A stretch of DNA of 64,000 nt from contig CAVVPN010000011.1 in NCBI GenBank assembly GCA_963750165.1, forward strand, positions 1,824,001-1,888,000. Direction: 5' to 3'. The DNA comes from an uncultured Gemmataceae bacterium (GTDB lineage: Bacteria; Planctomycetota; Planctomycetia; Gemmatales; Gemmataceae). Position numbers and translations under genes: made by a program. The notes under the pieces were generated by a model that was given only the letters and a program-made list of their open reading frames with translations, was not told where the DNA came from and made no database searches. Positions 1 to 9,765 of the stretch are shown piece by piece (position 1 is the stretch's first letter; each line of letters begins with the position of its first letter).

Positions 1-1489
1 CTGCAGTCGCACCGGGTAGACGTACAGACCGCGGTCGCGCTCGATGGTGCGGACGATGCGCATCTGGACGCGCTCCACAAACGTGGCCAGGGTGTCGCAC
101 GCCTGGGCGAGCGCCCGCGGCCCGACCAGCACCTGCAACCGTTTCAGGCCGTTCTCATAGAGATAGTTCGGCGTCGGGCCGCGCGGGCTCTCTTCCTCGC
201 CTTCGACCTTGGCCTTGTCCTTCGGCGCCGGCGGCGGTTCGGCCTCCTCGGGGGGCTTCACCACCTGGTCGATGACCAGCAGCAGGAACGCAATGTGCTC
301 GCGCTTCTCGACCGAATGCCGTTTCAGGCCGGACCAGATCGGCTGCGTGGAAATGGCCTCGTCCATGCGCGTCTGGAGCAGTTCCTCCATCTTCTCGATG
401 CTGACAACGAACTTGCCCTTCTCGTCCAGGTCGGCGAAGCGCTCGACCCATTTGAACTGCTTCGGCGCCGCGGGCGCCTTCGCATCCGCGTCCTTCTTGT
501 CCTTGTCGGCCCCGGAGGACGTGTCCGTAACCCAGTCGCTGTAGCGGAACTGCTCCAGGGGGTTGAGAATGTCCGCCAACATGCGCCGCTGGGCGGCTTC
601 GACCAGGAACTTGTTCAACTCCTCGCCCCTGGTGTCGTTGATCTTCTTATCGAGGGCCTCGACCTGCTCGGCGGTCTGGGCCAGCGGCATGAGCAGGCGG
701 AACAGCAGTTTGCGCTTGCCGGCGTCCGTGGTTTCCTTCTTGCCTGCTTCCTTGGCGGCCTCGCTGATGTCGTTCGGCAACTTCGACTTGAGGTTTTCAA
801 CTTCCTTATCCAGCGTGCTGACCGGCTCGCCCGCCCCCGCGAATAACTCCTTGAGGAAGTCCGGCCCCAGGTCGGACGGCTTGAGTTTCACAATCGGCAG
901 CTGACCGAAGAACGGCCGATACGGCACCTTGGGATCCGGAATCTTCATCTTGTTGCTGGCTTGCTTGAGCGCTTCCGGGCCGATGGCGATCCTTGGCTGG
1001 GTGCTCTGCGAGATGTCGCCGGGGCGCTGCTCGTTTTCCTTGATCAGCCCGCCTTCCCGGGCGGCGTCGTACAGGGCGACCGCGCTGAATCCTGTAGCGA
1101 GCGGTGAAGTCCATCACGAGCAGGTACACGAAGCCCACGGCGGCCAGGACGTTGAGCAGGATCAGGGCCAGGTTGAGCTTGGTCAGGCCGGGCTCGGGTT
1201 CTGCGTCAAACTCGCTGGCCGTTTCGCTGTGACCGGCGTCGCCGTCATCGGTGGCCGCGGCGGCGTGGGCTCCCTTGGCGGCGGGAGTGTCGGCGTCGTC
1301 ATCGGCAGCGACGGCAGGGGCGTCGTCATCGGCAACAACGGCGTCATCATCGGCGACAATTTCGTCATCATCGGCAACAACAGCAGCGTCATCATCATTA
1401 TCAGCGACAATTTCGTCGTCATCGGCGACAACGGCGTCTTCTTCCAGATCCAGATCGCTGTCGGGTTTGGGTTTTTTGTTTTTGGCCAT
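1..1489 (-). CDS. Hypothetical membrane-anchored protein with acidic N-terminal repeats; apparent frameshift near 1083; runs off the left edge of the window
   Basis: ORF 806..1489 gives MAKNKK..., (V/I)VADDD repeats and a TM helix. After 'YRIQR' a shifted frame (VALYDAAREGGLIKENEQ...) stays open with host-like codon usage to position 1. Confidence 0.7.
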
Positions 1490-1835
1490 GTGTGCGCTTT
1501 CAATGCGGCAGAGTCCGCGGTGCAGGGGTGGCGACGCAACAGAGTTGATCGGGCGCTTCCGTCCTCACCTTTTCCCCATTGTGACGGCCGGCGCGACCGT
1601 TGCCAAGGGGATTTGGGCGGGAAAAATGACACGTTCGGCGATCTGGGAGGGCGGCGCCTGATTTAGCCATTCTGCCACCGCGGCTGGCTTCGACAAATTT
1701 TGACAGACATGGCATTCGATTCCAAGATACAATTGGTGAGAATGAGGTGACAGCGCACCGCTCCCGAGCGCCGCGGGAGTGGGACCGTGGGCCCCACAAC
1801 GGGGTGGTGGAGTTCTTCTTGGCGGGGAGATCGGC

Positions 1836-3182
1836 ATGGGGCCCGAGACCAGCAGGCCCGTGATGCAGACCGTCGGCAATTACGACTTGCTCGAAAAAAT
1901 TGCTGAGGGAGGCATGGGCACCGTCTTCAAGGCGCACGACCGTAGCAGTGGTGGCATTGTCGCCATGAAGCTGGTGGCGCCCCATGTGACCCGCAATGCC
2001 GTGATGATGAAGCGTTTCGAGCAGGAGTACAACGTCGCCCGGGCACTCAACCACCCCAACATCGTGCGCGCCCTGGACTTCGGCAGCGCGGGCGGTTCGC
2101 CTTACCTGGTGATGGAATTCGTGGACGGCGAATCGCTTGGCAACCGGCTGGAGCGCGAGGGCAAGGTTCCCGAGGCGGAGGCCATCCGCCTGATCGCCCA
2201 GGTGGCGCAGGGGCTGCACAAGGCGCACAAGCACGGCCTGGTGCATCGCGACGTCAAGCCGGACAACATCCTGGTCACGCGCGACGGCCAGGCCAAGCTG
2301 GCGGACCTGGGGCTGGTCAAGGAACTGGAAACGGACCTCAACCTGACCCGCACCGGTCGCGGACTGGGGACGCCGCACTTCATGGCTCCCGAGCAGTTCC
2401 GCAACGCCAAGAACGCGGACGTCCGCTGCGACATCTACTCGCTGGCGGCCACCCTGTACATGACGGTGACCGGTGAACTGCCGTTCAAATCCCTGGGGCC
2501 GCTCGACGCCTGGATGAAGAAGATCAACAACGAAATCCAGCTGCCGCGTGAGCTGGAGCCGGGCCTGAGCGAGCGCCTCGACTGGGCCATCCGCCGGGCC
2601 ATGAGCGCCGACCCGACCCTGCGGCCGGCGTCGTGCCGGGAGTTCGTCGAGGACCTGACCGGCCACAGCACGCGCAAGATCACGCCGGCCGAGGCGCCCG
2701 CGGGCCAGGATTTGTGGTATCTGCACTGGGTAGACGACGATGGCGTCAAGAACACCATCAAGGGCACGCTGGTGGGCATCCGGCGGTCGCTCAAGGAAGG
2801 GTTGCTGGGCGAAGCGCACCATGTACGGGCCAGCCGCAACAAGTCGGGGCCGTTCGAACTGCTGCAGGCGCACCCGGAGTTCCGCGACCTGGTGATCGCG
2901 CCGGCCGCGACGCCGGTGCCGGGCGTCAAGACCAGCCCGGTGGCAACACCGTCGGCCGAGCGGCTGTCCGGGATGGCGGCGCGACCGCAGCGTGCATCGG
3001 CGTTCCTGGAAAGGCCGGCAGGACCAGAAAAGCAGCTGGTGGATCCGGCGCCGCTGATAGATCTGGGGTACACGCAGTCTGGTCAGGCCTGGGTGAGCTG
3101 GTTGGTCGCGGCGCTGGTGGCGCTGGCGGCGGCCCTGGGCGGCTACTACCTGCTGCCGATGATGACCGGCGGGCGGCGCTAA
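1836..3182 (+). CDS. Hanks-type Ser/Thr protein kinase with C-terminal TM helix
   Basis: IAEGGMGTVF, VAMK, HRDVKPDN, DLGL, GTPHFMAPE and DIYSLA motifs; start either 1836 (GGGGAG upstream) or 1863. Confidence 0.95.
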   Translation: MGPETSRPVMQTVGNYDLLEKIAEGGMGTVFKAHDRSSGGIVAMKLVAPHVTRNAVMMKRFEQEYNVARALNHPNIVRALDFGSAGGSPYLVMEFVDGESLGNRLEREGKVPEAEAIRLIAQVAQGLHKAHKHGLVHRDVKPDNILVTRDGQAKLADLGLVKELETDLNLTRTGRGLGTPHFMAPEQFRNAKNADVRCDIYSLAATLYMTVTGELPFKSLGPLDAWMKKINNEIQLPRELEPGLSERLDWAIRRAMSADPTLRPASCREFVEDLTGHSTRKITPAEAPAGQDLWYLHWVDDDGVKNTIKGTLVGIRRSLKEGLLGEAHHVRASRNKSGPFELLQAHPEFRDLVIAPAATPVPGVKTSPVATPSAERLSGMAARPQRASAFLERPAGPEKQLVDPAPLIDLGYTQSGQAWVSWLVAALVALAAALGGYYLLPMMTGGRR

Positions 3183-3231
3183 CCCGGAGGATTCACCGCG
3201 GAGAACGCAGAGAGCGCAGAGAAAAGAAAAC

Positions 3232-3325
3232 AGCGGATCCACAGAGGACACAGATGGAACACAGCTTAAAGACCATTTCAAAGGTCTTTAAGCTGTGTTC
3301 CATCTGTGTCCTCTGTGGATCCGCT
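3232..3325. repeat. Perfect 43-bp inverted repeat with 8-nt loop between convergent genes
   Basis: agcggatccacagaggacacagatggaacacagcttaaagacc (3232-3274) and its exact reverse complement (3283-3325). Confidence 0.9.
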
Positions 3326-3330
3326 TGATT

Positions 3331-5577
3331 TCACTTCTCCTTGTCCTGATTTGGCGAATCCTTCGGCGGCAGGTTGCCCGCTTTCAGCTGGCGCTGCCAG
3401 CGTTCGATGGCGGCGCCGCGGAGGGCGGAGGAGGCTTCGGCCTGGTAGCCCATCTTGCCGGCGATGGTCGGGGCGTACTCAAACAGCCGCCAGTGGGCCA
3501 GTTCGCGGACGGCCAGGTTGCTGGATTCCAGGTAGGTGATCAGTGCCTCGTAGGTGGACTTCTGGGTGCGCGCCTGCGGCGGATAGTCGTGCAGCAGCCC
3601 CATGATGATGGCCGCCTCGCCGGCCTTCTTGAAGCGCTCGGTGAGCAAATCATACAGCCGATAGTCGTTGTCGCGCTCCAGGGCGGTCCAGTAGCGCAGC
3701 GCATCAATGGCGGCGAGGCGCACCGCCCAGCGGCCGTTCCCCAGGGCCTCGATCAGGGCGTTCAGGCTGGCGTCGTTGTCCAGGGCGGCCAGGCTGCGCA
3801 CCGCGAACTTGGCCTTGACGAGGTCGGCGTCGTTCAGGGCCTCCCGCAGGACCACGTCCACGTGCTCGCCCTTCGGGCCAAAGGCCTTGGCGAGACTTTG
3901 GGCGGCATCCTTCAACGGTTCGGCGTCCTTGGCGGGCATGCGCGGGGTGGCCGGCGGTGGCACGTTCAGCCACTCGGGCGGCTCCTCCAGCACGATCGGC
4001 TTGAGCTGCGTGGGGGCGCCCTGCCGGCTGTTCCACATCACGCGCGAGAAGCCGGGCGGCGCGTCCAGCGTCTCTTCCTTGCTGCCGTCCACCTTGAAGC
4101 GGACCTTGCCCTTGAGACAGTACAACTCGACCTGGGCCACCGGGCCGTCGCGCGGTGCCTTACGGTCCACCTCGAACGGCTCGCCGAACGGCTGGAAACT
4201 CCAGCGCTCGAACGCGACCTCGCAGTCCTGGTGCGGCAGTTCCAGGTCCCAGCGGCTGGGGAACCTGGGATTGGTCGGGTTGTCGAAGCGCACGCGGACG
4301 CGCACCGGTTGTTTGCTGGTGTTGGCGATGAGGATGCGGCCGCGCTTGAGCGTCACGTCGAGGTCCACCAACTTGCTCTGGTGGATCACGACCATGCTCT
4401 CCAGCACCGGCGGCACCGGAAAGGGGGGGAACACCGCCTTGGGGTCCGCCTTGCGCAGCGCCTGTTTCGAGCTTTCGTACATCAGGGTGTGGATCAGGAA
4501 GTCCTTCCAGAAGGGGTCCAGGAAGTTGCCCCACAGGGTCAGGCGCACGTCGCCGACTTTCACGTCACTGCGGTAGCCCGGCAGGCTGATCAGCGGCGTG
4601 CCGGACTTGACCCGGTCGGCGTCGCGGAGCCGGTGCCAGAGGCCGCCCGGTGCTCCGGTCTGCAACAGCACGCTGGACGAGGCCATCCTGGGCGCCTCGT
4701 ACAGCCCCACGTCGCGCACCTCGGCGCTGGCGAGGTTTGGGTCCTCCACCGGCTCCTTGTCCTTCTTGACCACCAGCGGGGGGTTCGGGTTCGTGTTCTT
4801 GTCCTTGGTCGTGTTCTTGTCCTTGGTCGTGCCCTTGTCCCTGTCCTTGTTGATTTCGGGCGTGACCTTCTTGTTATCCTTGTGGTTCCTGTCCGCCGCG
4901 CCCCTGTCGCCGGGGGGCCGTTTGGGCTCGAGTTGGGCGTGCGGCTGGTAGTCGGGGCCGGTGCTCGAGTCAGGGCCGAGCAGGTTGCTGGAGGCCAGTA
5001 ACTGCCACAGCGCGAAGCTGAGCAACAGAACGATCACGGCGCCGCCGCCAATCAGGACGAGGCGGCTGTTCTTGCCCTTGACCGGCACCGGCAGGCCCAG
5101 GCGCAGCGTTTCATCGACCTCACGGCCCTCGCGGGGCAGACCGTCCTCGCGGCTGGGCTGCGGCGCGGGCTTGCGGAACTGGATGGACTCCTTGCCCTTG
5201 ACCAGGCCGTACATGCGCTGCTTGGCGGTGGGCGGCACCAGGGCCGGTTCGCCGAGCACCAACGTCAGAATCTGATGGCAGGCGGCGATCTCCGCGAGAT
5301 GCACGTCGGAGGCCAGGCACAGCTGTTCGACCTCGGCGAGCTGGTCGGCGGAGAGGGTGTTGTCGAGGTATTCGGCGACGGTGTTGGGATCGACCTTGGC
5401 GCCGGGGCCCTTGTCGGGCGGCGTGGTCAGACGACGGCGGCGCGTCACCTGTTTGATGCGCGCGATCAGTTCCTGGGCGGTGTCGCTCTCGGCGACCTTC
5501 TGGCCGATGAGCCTGGCCTGGCTGGGCTCCAAGGTATCGTCCAGGTAGGCGAGCAGCGTGCGCAGGGTTAACCGCAT
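3331..5577 (-). CDS. Planctomycete conserved membrane protein (MRLTLRTLLAYLDD family) with C-terminal HEAT-like repeats
   Basis: Characteristic N-terminus, ACHQIL motif, TM segment, KDKNTT low-complexity linker, helical repeats at the C-terminus. Confidence 0.85.
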   Translation of the reverse strand: MRLTLRTLLAYLDDTLEPSQARLIGQKVAESDTAQELIARIKQVTRRRRLTTPPDKGPGAKVDPNTVAEYLDNTLSADQLAEVEQLCLASDVHLAEIAACHQILTLVLGEPALVPPTAKQRMYGLVKGKESIQFRKPAPQPSREDGLPREGREVDETLRLGLPVPVKGKNSRLVLIGGGAVIVLLLSFALWQLLASSNLLGPDSSTGPDYQPHAQLEPKRPPGDRGAADRNHKDNKKVTPEINKDRDKGTTKDKNTTKDKNTNPNPPLVVKKDKEPVEDPNLASAEVRDVGLYEAPRMASSSVLLQTGAPGGLWHRLRDADRVKSGTPLISLPGYRSDVKVGDVRLTLWGNFLDPFWKDFLIHTLMYESSKQALRKADPKAVFPPFPVPPVLESMVVIHQSKLVDLDVTLKRGRILIANTSKQPVRVRVRFDNPTNPRFPSRWDLELPHQDCEVAFERWSFQPFGEPFEVDRKAPRDGPVAQVELYCLKGKVRFKVDGSKEETLDAPPGFSRVMWNSRQGAPTQLKPIVLEEPPEWLNVPPPATPRMPAKDAEPLKDAAQSLAKAFGPKGEHVDVVLREALNDADLVKAKFAVRSLAALDNDASLNALIEALGNGRWAVRLAAIDALRYWTALERDNDYRLYDLLTERFKKAGEAAIIMGLLHDYPPQARTQKSTYEALITYLESSNLAVRELAHWRLFEYAPTIAGKMGYQAEASSALRGAAIERWQRQLKAGNLPPKDSPNQDKEK

Positions 5578-5672
5578 TGGGTTGGTTCCGTGGAGTGCAG
5601 AGGAGGCGCGATCGGGCCGCGCCGTTTCCCATAATAGTGGCGCGGCGGCGCGGTTTTCGTACAAACAATTCG

Positions 5673-5733
5673 GAGCCGCGCACGGAGCGTAAGCGGCGTA
5701 AGCGGGAGGCCGCTTACGCTCCGTGCGCGGCTC
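5673..5733. repeat. REP-like palindrome with 25-bp arms
   Basis: gagccgcgcacggagcgtaagcggc (5673-5697) / gccgcttacgctccgtgcgcggctc (5709-5733). Confidence 0.85.
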
Positions 5734-5749
5734 GGACGAGTCCTCCTGG

Positions 5750-7087
5750 TCACAGCGTCTTCAAATACTCAATTACCGCCCGCCGCTGCTCCTCGGTGAA
5801 GTCGTCGCCGAAGGTGTGGCCGCCGTTGCCGCGGCCCGGCTGCGTCGTGTCGTAAGTCTTGCGGCGCTCGATCGGTGGCAGGGCGCCCGCCGGCGGCCGC
5901 TGCAACACCTGCACCTTCCAGCCGACGTTGACCTTGTCGTAATCCTCCTCGTTGGTGCGGAAGGAGCGCGTGTAAAGCTTCGGCCGCGCTTTCGAGTTGA
6001 GAACGCCGTACAGCGTCGCCACCGAGCCGTTGTGGAAATACGGCGCCGTCGCCCAGACACCGTCCAGCGGCGGCGCCTGATAGCCGGCCGTCTGCTTCAC
6101 CTTGCCGGTCAAGCCCGGCCGCTTTTCCTGGCCGAACCAGCTCCGATTGTAATAGTCCGCCCACTTGCTGCTGAAGCCGTCGAAGCGCGTGCGGTCGGTG
6201 CCGATCTCGTCGATGGGCACGACCTTGCTCGGATACGTCCAGTTTTCGCCGTAGGTGCCGTGACAGCTGCTGCAATTGCTCTTGAAGAGTTTTTCGCCCC
6301 GGGCGGCCAGTTCCTGGTTGACGGGGAAGGGGTATTTGGGGGCGCGGAGGCTGAGCAGGTAAGCCTGGATGTCTTCGAAGGTCGGCTCGGTATCGGCGAA
6401 CAGTTTGGGGCTGTTGGGCGGGCTGAGCATGAACTGCATCAGCGCCCGCACCGAGCGGGCGTGAGTGTTGCCGGTGAAATACATGGTCTTTTTCTTACGC
6501 AGGTGCCACCACGCCGGCACGTCCTCACACATCTGGTCATTGAAGCCGAGATCGACCTTTTTGAAGGTGATCTTCAGGTCCGGCTCGCGATGGGATAGCA
6601 GGAAAACCGCGAACATGCCGGCCTCGGAGGTGCCGCGGACATTGCTGAAGGTGAACGGCAGTCTGCCACTGCCGCCGCTGGCCTTGCTCAGTTCGGAGAA
6701 GACCGCCTCCACGTCCAGCGAGGCGTTGCCCAGGCCGATGTAGCTCTTGCCGAGGATGCTGCCGCCGTGGCAGATCATGCAGTCGCTGGCCAGGCCCTTG
6801 CCGAGCAGGTGCTTGCCGACACGCAGGCCCATCGGCAGACCGCCGTTCTCGTACGGCGCCGGGTGCAGACCGTAGCGTGCCCGAAACGCCGCGTCGTAGG
6901 GCTCCGGCTTCTTCTCAACGCCCCAGACCTTCCACGCCTCGTCGTAGGCTTTCAGCGACCAGATGCCCGGCGTGAACGCCTGCGTTGTCAGCGCTTTGTG
7001 GCCGCGCTCCGCCGGCGTGTCCGCTCGCACCGCCGCCAGCGCCACGCCGCCGACCAGCACCATCGCGAATACACCACTGCGCATCAT
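5750..7087 (-). CDS. Exported di-heme c-type cytochrome (cytochrome c peroxidase/RoxA-like family)
   Basis: Signal peptide; CMICH and CSSCH; 'PPLDGVWATAPYFHNGSV' and C-terminal 'GNGGHTFG...VIEYLKTL' motifs. Confidence 0.85.
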   Translation of the reverse strand: MMRSGVFAMVLVGGVALAAVRADTPAERGHKALTTQAFTPGIWSLKAYDEAWKVWGVEKKPEPYDAAFRARYGLHPAPYENGGLPMGLRVGKHLLGKGLASDCMICHGGSILGKSYIGLGNASLDVEAVFSELSKASGGSGRLPFTFSNVRGTSEAGMFAVFLLSHREPDLKITFKKVDLGFNDQMCEDVPAWWHLRKKKTMYFTGNTHARSVRALMQFMLSPPNSPKLFADTEPTFEDIQAYLLSLRAPKYPFPVNQELAARGEKLFKSNCSSCHGTYGENWTYPSKVVPIDEIGTDRTRFDGFSSKWADYYNRSWFGQEKRPGLTGKVKQTAGYQAPPLDGVWATAPYFHNGSVATLYGVLNSKARPKLYTRSFRTNEEDYDKVNVGWKVQVLQRPPAGALPPIERRKTYDTTQPGRGNGGHTFGDDFTEEQRRAVIEYLKTL

Positions 7088-7264
7088 GGCTCCATTCTCC
7101 TCGCCCTGGGTCGTCCCGGTCCCCCCTATTGTAGCGAGGCGGGCCAGGGGCTTGCGATCCCTATCCCACAAGCGTGCCTTTTGCTAAACTTTCCTGTGCG
7201 TTTTGCCGAGCCTGGCAACAACCTCTCCTCGTTCATTGCCCGCCTCCTTGTGAGAACCACCGCC

Positions 7265-8486
7265 GTGAACGTGCGCTTCCTGTATCTGGCCGTGAGTCTG
7301 GCCGGTTGTGCGCTGCTGACGCCCGGCGCCGGCCCCGCGCCCGCCGGCGATAAACCGAAAGGCCCCGTCTGGCTGACGGATTATGCGCTGGCACTGAAAG
7401 CCGCAAAAGAGAGCGGCAAACCGATCTTCGCCGTGTTCCGGTGACTGCACTGACCCGGCGCCGGGTTTGACGAGCAGGTTGCTCGTCTGGACAAGATCGA
7501 GGACGTGGCGCGGCACTTCGTGCTGCTGCAAATCGGTAGTATGCGGGGCGTCAACCTCGACGTGTTCGAGTTCGACTACGACCTGACGTGGATGGCGTTC
7601 TTCCTGAACGCCAACGAGAAGGTGTATGGCCGCTACGGTGGCCGCCCCGTGGAATCGCCGTCGAAATACTGGTCGCTGGACGGGCTGCGCAACGCCCTGG
7701 CCGCGGCGCTGGCGGCGCACCAGGCCGACCCGACGGCCAGGCCGCCGCTGCGGCCCGCGGAGCCGCGCCGCCCCGAACAGTGGCCGGCCGCTCAGCGGTT
7801 GCCGGCGAAGGCGTGCATCCACTGCCATCATGTATGGGAGTTCCGCCGCGCTGATTTGCAGGCGCGCAGCAAATGGACGACGGACGAGGTGTGGGTTTAC
7901 CCGCGACCAGAGAACGTCGGTCTGACCATTGATGTGGTGGCCGGCAACCGCGTGACGCAGGTGGCGCCGAACTCCGCCGCGGCGAAGGCGGGCGTGCTGG
8001 TCGGCGACCGCCTGCTGCGCCTGAACGACCTGCCCGTGGCCTCGTACATGGACGCGCAGTACGCCCTGCACAAGGCGCCGGCAGGGCCGTGTCCCGCTGA
8101 CCTGGCAGCGCCAGGGCAAGCAGCTGAAGGGCGAACTGACGCTGGCGGCCGGCTGGCGACGGACGGACGTGTCGTGGCGCTGGTCGCTGCGCAGCCTGGA
8201 GCCGGGACCGCAGCTGGACGGCTACGATTTGACCGCGGAGGAGAAAAAGGCGCTCGGCCTGAAGCCGAAGCAGCTGGCGTTCAAGCAGGGGGCGTTCGTG
8301 CCGCGCACCGCCCAGCAGGCGGGCATTCACATCGGCGACACCATCGTCGGCGTGGACGGCAAGCAGCCGGAGCTGACGTTTCGCCAGTTCGACGTTTACA
8401 TTCGGCTGAATTACCGCGTCGGTGATGAGGTGACGTATCAGATCATCCGCCAGGGCAAGCGCATGAATGTGAAGCTGAAATTGTGA
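7265..8486 (+). CDS. Exported thioredoxin-like/c-heme/PDZ (seleno)protein with UxxU motif; two in-frame TGA at 7442 and 7451; apparent frameshift near 8081
   Basis: Signal peptide, then WLTDYALALKAAKESGKPIFAVFR-TGA-CTG-CAC-TGA-PGAGFDEQV, in frame with ORF 7505; CIHCH heme motif; two PDZ-like domains; SECIS-like hairpin downstream. Confidence 0.82.
7454..7487 (+). promoter_or_regulatory. Putative bacterial SECIS element
   Basis: Stem-loop GACGAGC-AGGUU-GCUCGUC (7469-7487) with a G-containing apical loop, 15 nt after the second UGA; apex resembles E. coli fdhF GCAGGUCUGC. Confidence 0.72.
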
Positions 8487-8539
8487 GCGGGCCGCCACAA
8501 TCGTGGAGCCGCGGGGTTCAACAAGGCGGAGGACTGAGC

Positions 8540-9757
8540 ATGAATCGACTGATCTTCGCCACCGTGCTGACCGCCGTTGCCTTCGCTGCCCGCGCGGCCG
8601 CGCCGACCGCGCCCCAGGAGCAAAAACCCGGCGAAAAGTTGCTCGCGGTCCGGTGCCTGGCCTTTTCGCCCGGCGGAACCTGGCTCGCCGTCGGCGGCGG
8701 GTCGGACGGCACCGGCGTGTCCAAACCACGGTACGTCGGTGACGGCTTCGTCCGCGTGTACTCCGTCAGGGGCGTGCTGGGCAACGTCAAAAAAGACCTC
8801 GCCGGCGCCCTCCATCAGACGAACTTCACGAATTTTGTCGGTCTTGTCGGCTTCGTCGATGAGGGCACGGTGGCGACGGTGAGCCAGGAACGGAAGCAGA
8901 CCGTCGGCAGCGCCCCGCCCTACGACGGCGTGCGCGTCACCCGGTTCGCGGTGCCGGGCGGCAAGGAACTGAAGCGCATCCCGCTGGGCGATTGCCTGAA
9001 TGGCCCGCCGAGCATGGGTTATCACCCGTCCAGCGATCAGGTGAGCTACTGGTCGAACACCTTGACCGTGGGTGGGTCGGTGCTGGCGAAGCTGGGCGGC
9101 GGCAAGGCCGGCAAGGGCGGCGGCAAGGGGCTGCCCGCCGGGGAAGCGACCCGCGCCCCCAACTACCGGCTCGATCAGGGGCCGGGCGCCGCCCACCGCT
9201 ACTTTTCGCCGGACGGCAAGGCGCTGCTGACGTGCCCGCCGTTCCACGAACCGGGCAAGAAAGGCATCGGGCCGGCGTCGAGCGTGGTGACCGATTCGCT
9301 GCTCCGGCTGCACGAGACGACCACCGGTAAGGTGACGGCGGCGTTCGACCCCGACGGCGCGTTCGTCGCCTGCGCGGCGTTCGCGCCGGACGGCCAGCGC
9401 CTGGTGCTGGCCTGTCACAATCAGCGGGTGTACGTGTTGACCGGCGACCTCAAGCGCGTGGTCCGTGTGGTCCCGGTCGGCGCGGCCTGTGCGGCCGTGG
9501 CGGTGGCGCCGGACGGCCAGTCCTTCGCCGCGGCGACCGCCGCCGACACGATGAAGGTTTATGAGATCGGCTCCGGGAAAGTCCGTCATTCCCTGGAAGG
9601 AATCAAGGAAGGCGTCAACTGCCTGGCGTTTTCGCCGGACGGCGCCCTGCTGGCGGTCGGGTGTGGCGACGCCGGCCAGTTTGGTCGGCCGGTGGGGCCG
9701 GGCAGCGTCCGGCTGTTCGACGCGCGCACGGGAAAACTGCTCGTGACCCTGAACTGA
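8540..9757 (+). CDS. Exported WD40-repeat protein
   Basis: Signal peptide, repeated LAFSPDG / RLFD motifs, GGAGG RBS. Confidence 0.88.
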   Translation: MNRLIFATVLTAVAFAARAAAPTAPQEQKPGEKLLAVRCLAFSPGGTWLAVGGGSDGTGVSKPRYVGDGFVRVYSVRGVLGNVKKDLAGALHQTNFTNFVGLVGFVDEGTVATVSQERKQTVGSAPPYDGVRVTRFAVPGGKELKRIPLGDCLNGPPSMGYHPSSDQVSYWSNTLTVGGSVLAKLGGGKAGKGGGKGLPAGEATRAPNYRLDQGPGAAHRYFSPDGKALLTCPPFHEPGKKGIGPASSVVTDSLLRLHETTTGKVTAAFDPDGAFVACAAFAPDGQRLVLACHNQRVYVLTGDLKRVVRVVPVGAACAAVAVAPDGQSFAAATAADTMKVYEIGSGKVRHSLEGIKEGVNCLAFSPDGALLAVGCGDAGQFGRPVGPGSVRLFDARTGKLLVTLN

Positions 9758-9765
9758 GGTGGCCC

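Noticed and set aside
1700..1733. Sigma70 promoter TTGACA...TACAAT upstream of the kinase
   Set aside because: The spacing is 22 nt, too long for a canonical promoter.
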